This document shows, in pieces, positions 34,241-37,841 of a stretch of 37,841 nt of DNA (the stretch's first letter is position 1; each line of letters begins with the position of its first letter). The DNA is from Octopus sinensis (Eukaryota), in NCBI RefSeq assembly GCF_006345805.1, contig NW_021831895.1, positions 1-37,841 on the forward strand, in the 5' to 3' direction. The notes under the pieces were generated by a model, which was not told the DNA's origin, did not search any database, and was given only the letters and a program-made list of their open reading frames with translations. The position numbers were made by a program, and so were the translations under genes.

Positions 34241-35114
34241 ATATGTGCATGTGTGTGTGTGCATATATATATATATGTGTATGTATGTATATATATATGT
34301 ATATATGTGCATATATATATATATATATATTTAGTGTATTTGATGGCATAAAAGACATGCCCCTCAATTTCAGTAGCATGTATTCGGGGCAAAAAAGGGG
34401 GTTTTAAGAGAATTAAAGCATGTAATATAGGACCCAGGGTGGTGTTTTGAGATGTATCATATTTGGAAAACAAAGGCTTCTTGTATGTCACCAAATATGG
34501 TATATAGAGAAATATGTAATTATACATACATATTTACACACACACACACACACACTCATACATATATATATATATTTACATACATTTATGCACACACATG
34601 TAAAAATTCATGCACACTCACGCACGCACGCACACACACCAGACAGACACTCACACATGCAGACACAAATATACAGAGAGAGAGAAAATAGATAGAATGA
34701 TAGATAGATAAATAGATAGATGGGAACATTAGCAAAAACTTACTTATCACTTCAAGAAGATCTTTGGCCCACCCCATTCTGCAATAAATAAGGAATAAGA
34801 TCTTAGCTATAGTGACTTTCTGTTTCGAAGAAGCTGTAACTTTTACTAATATATTAACATTATTATTGTTATTATTATTAATATATGTGTATATACATAC
34901 ATACATACATACATATATATCTAGATATATATATATACGTATATATATAAATAGATAAATGGAGTTTAACGCAGGTATAATTCAAATACTTTTACTTCCG
35001 ACACATGTTTCGAAGATTTCACTGATATTATTCAATACCCTGGTAACTATTTATCTAATTTTTCCGTGTTTATTGTTAACAAGGGAAAAATACACTCATC
35101 TATTTATATATGTA

Positions 35115-35169
<55 letters not shown>

Positions 35170-35417
35170 GTATGCATTATTTTCTAAACTCATTCTGCCA
35201 CAGTTATAACAGAAAGAAACAAGGTAAATATTTTGGTTTCCATTACTGGTGTTAATTTGTTAGAAAAATGATTTGTCCTTCTACGTTTGAAGTGTATGCA
35301 TTCATCTGATGAAAACGGTTTCTTTCAAACTGAAGTTATGTTTCCACTAATCAATAAAACGGAGCCGCTTGAAATCTTGAAATGGCCATAATGTACATCT
35401 TTGTTTTTTATTACATA

Positions 35418-35780
35418 CTAGCACTGTGACCCAGCAACGCCGGGTCATAGTCCTGCGCATGCATATACAACTGCATGCGTGCGCACATATATGTGAGTAC
35501 TGTCCAAATCTCCGACCAATTACATACAGCTAGCTGGCATTCAATTGGTGTATCAAGTTTCGGGCATTTTGATTGGGTTTTGGACCGAAAATTCACAAAA
35601 AAGTCACTTCTATTGATTTTTTTAATGGCTTTGCGGGGTGACTGGGGAAATGTAAAGATGTACACGACCACCCTTGGACGGTTTTGAATGACCATAGAAA
35701 GCGCAAGCCCTCTAACTGAAAAATTGTGGACTTGTATAAAGGACACACACACAGGCATTTTGCCGTTCATATATATATAT
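35418..35780 (-). mobile_element. Non-autonomous Helitron
   Basis: Minus strand ends GACCCGGCGTTGCTGGGTC hairpin, ACAGTG, CTAG, then T; the 5' end lies in (TA)n with no clear TC. Confidence 0.75.
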
Positions 35781-36085
35781 ATATATACTTTATAAATTTT
35801 CTTCCAAACTGATTCTGTACCCATTCCTTAATCTTAGTTTTGCATTGATGCATAATCATTTCTGTTAGAAAGGTAAGAGTTTTTCTCTTTTTATGCTCCA
35901 GTGAACATGCACGAACAAGAATCTCAGATTAGAGAAAGAGTTTAATATTATCACATGGCAAGGAATATACTAGCTGTCTACAATCTGCACTTAGTATCTT
36001 TACTGCTCTGTCTGCATCCATGTGTGCACGTATCTGCACACACACATACAAATATACATTTATGCATAAATATATATATATATAT

Positions 36086-36375
36086 GTGGAGGCGCAATGG
36101 CCCAGTGGTTAGGGCAGCGGACTTACGGTCGGAAGATCGCGGTTTCAATTCCCAGACCAGGCAACACCTAAAGCTCCATGAGGCTCTGGCAGCGGGTGGT
36201 GGCAACCCCTGTTGTACTCTTTCACCCCACCTTTCTCTCATTCTTTCTTCCTGTTTCTTGAGTAATGCTGCGATGGACTAGCGTCCCGTCCACCAGGGGG
36301 GAACACATACGCCACAGAAACCGGGAAACTGGGCCCATGAGCCTGCCTAGGCTTGAAAAGGGCGAAGAAAAAAGA
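36086..36375 (+). mobile_element. tRNA-derived SINE with V-domain-like segment
   Basis: tRNA-like head; GCGATGGACTAGCGTCCCGTCCA resembles the V-SINE domain (recalled); A-rich tail. Confidence 0.8.
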
Positions 36376-36377
36376 AA

Positions 36378-36408
<31 letters not shown>

Positions 36409-37354
36409 CGTTTACTTATATACATGTATGTTTGTGTGTGTGTGCAAATAGTATACATACATATGCACACAGACAGACAGACAGACAGACACACATATAT
36501 ATGCATATATATCCGTATATAAAATTGTGGGTGTTGTTCATGTGGAGAAAAGGAAGCAAATAATTTCTAGTCACTTCTTTGGTTTTGTTTTTTCTTCTTT
36601 ATATTTTTATTTTCTTCCCTCATTGCTTCTTTGAACTGTTTTTATATGATTGGTCATTTTAATATATCTGGACGTTGCTGACTTGTGAATTTATGCCAAA
36701 CCAATGTTCTTACACAGAAAGAAATTCTGGGTATTGGCCATATTAGTAAAGAAAATTAGCCTGCCACTTTGTCCCCTTCCTCTCATCAAAGACAGTAGAC
36801 AGTTTGATAATTCTGGTAAAACAGACATTTATAAAGAGGCTTAAAAGGTTTGAAAGCTAGCATATTTTTAAATGTCAGACCAACTCTCATTGAGTTTTTG
36901 AGTTCCCACTTACAAAGAACATAGAGAGGGAAACTGTTGCCCCCGAAGAAATTCGTTGGCAGGTGGATGGACTTGGCAAGTGAAGTCTAAATCAATGGAC
37001 CCATTTTTAGCATGGTGCACCTGTTGACTGATGGATACGACTTCAAGTGGGTAATCTTGGGTCAGTGGAGTTTCTTGCCAATCTTTATCTCAGGATTTCC
37101 TCATACATGTTTTGATTGATTGATTGATTCTAGTTTCAGCTCATGAGCTGTGGCCATGCTGGGGCACCGCCATTTGTATATTATTGTATATACATGTATG
37201 TATATTATTGTGTATACATTTTTGTTTTCATTTTATTCAACTTCAATGTAAACTCAAATACTTTTCCTCATCTATCCCTTTAGTGTCTCCAAATTAGTTT
37301 GGTTTTTGTTTTATTGTTGCAATACTAAGGACATGATGATGATGATGATAATAA

Positions 37355-37384
<30 letters not shown>

Positions 37385-37385
<1 letters not shown>

Positions 37386-37841
37386 GTACATTGTGTTGTC
37401 TTGGTATAAAAGATGGGCTACAGCAAATATTCTGCTCAATACCACAGATTTGCTTGTCAGTTGTTTGACCTTAACCAGTTGAGCATGTCCCTTAGTGGCT
37501 GACGATATGTGCATCTCTGATCACGAGCAGAAGTAGTGGGGGAGCATCATAGCCATGTGTTGAGAGGGATTCTTTGGGGTTTGAATAATTCGCCTCTGGA
37601 AACATGGGTGGTTCGTTCAACATCCTTAAACAACCCTTATTCGGGGACCTTTTGAGTGGGATACTTTAATTGACCAGAAGAAAATTCTAACTGGGCCCCA
37701 CCTGCAAGGTCATGCACTGTTTATCTTGATATGAGATCATCATGTCGTGCACATATGGCTGTGATGCATGTACCTGGTGTACCCTTATCAGACGGGTAGT
37801 CATGATGGGTATACTGGGCTTCGTATATTTTACCCAGTGTC
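37385..37841. mobile_element. Unclassified interspersed repeat running off the window end
   Basis: Recalled as a common octopus repeat; no second copy in the window to confirm. Confidence 0.35.

Noticed and set aside
3-36522. Dozens of ORFs rich in YI, HT, CV, F/L or poly-I/N
   Set aside because: They are translations of microsatellites and low-complexity tracts, with no splice or domain support.

Overview
Eukaryotic, AT-rich and almost entirely intronic/intergenic DNA, dense in (TA)n, (CA)n, (TAA)n and (CAT)n microsatellites. The SINE families and repeat landscape resemble an octopus (coleoid cephalopod) genome; this is inference from recalled repeat families, not a database match. Nearly all ORFs in the supplied track are microsatellite translations. 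The best gene evidence is a pair of phase-compatible minus-strand exons (23845-23685, 21783-21661) encoding an unrecognised C-terminus, plus a few weaker exon candidates. The rest is mobile DNA: tRNA-derived SINE families, GG..CC TIR MITEs with an 8-bp TSD, three piggyBac-type MITEs in tandem, a Helitron, R4/Dong-type LINE fragments and Penelope-like remnants. Main observations: (1) one SINE family inserts with its tail abutting GGTAT, a motif it also carries internally, and forms head-less multimers of 2, 3 and 12 units; (2) several minimal hammerhead ribozyme motifs, one fully canonical and a three-copy family with a CCGACGA core; (3) a locally repeated ~38-bp hairpin in the first 3 kb; (4) an inverted MITE copy carrying 43 bp of its neighbour's flank; (5) several foldback structures. 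All alignments and folds were done by eye, so TE boundaries are approximate except where TSDs or splice sites fix them.
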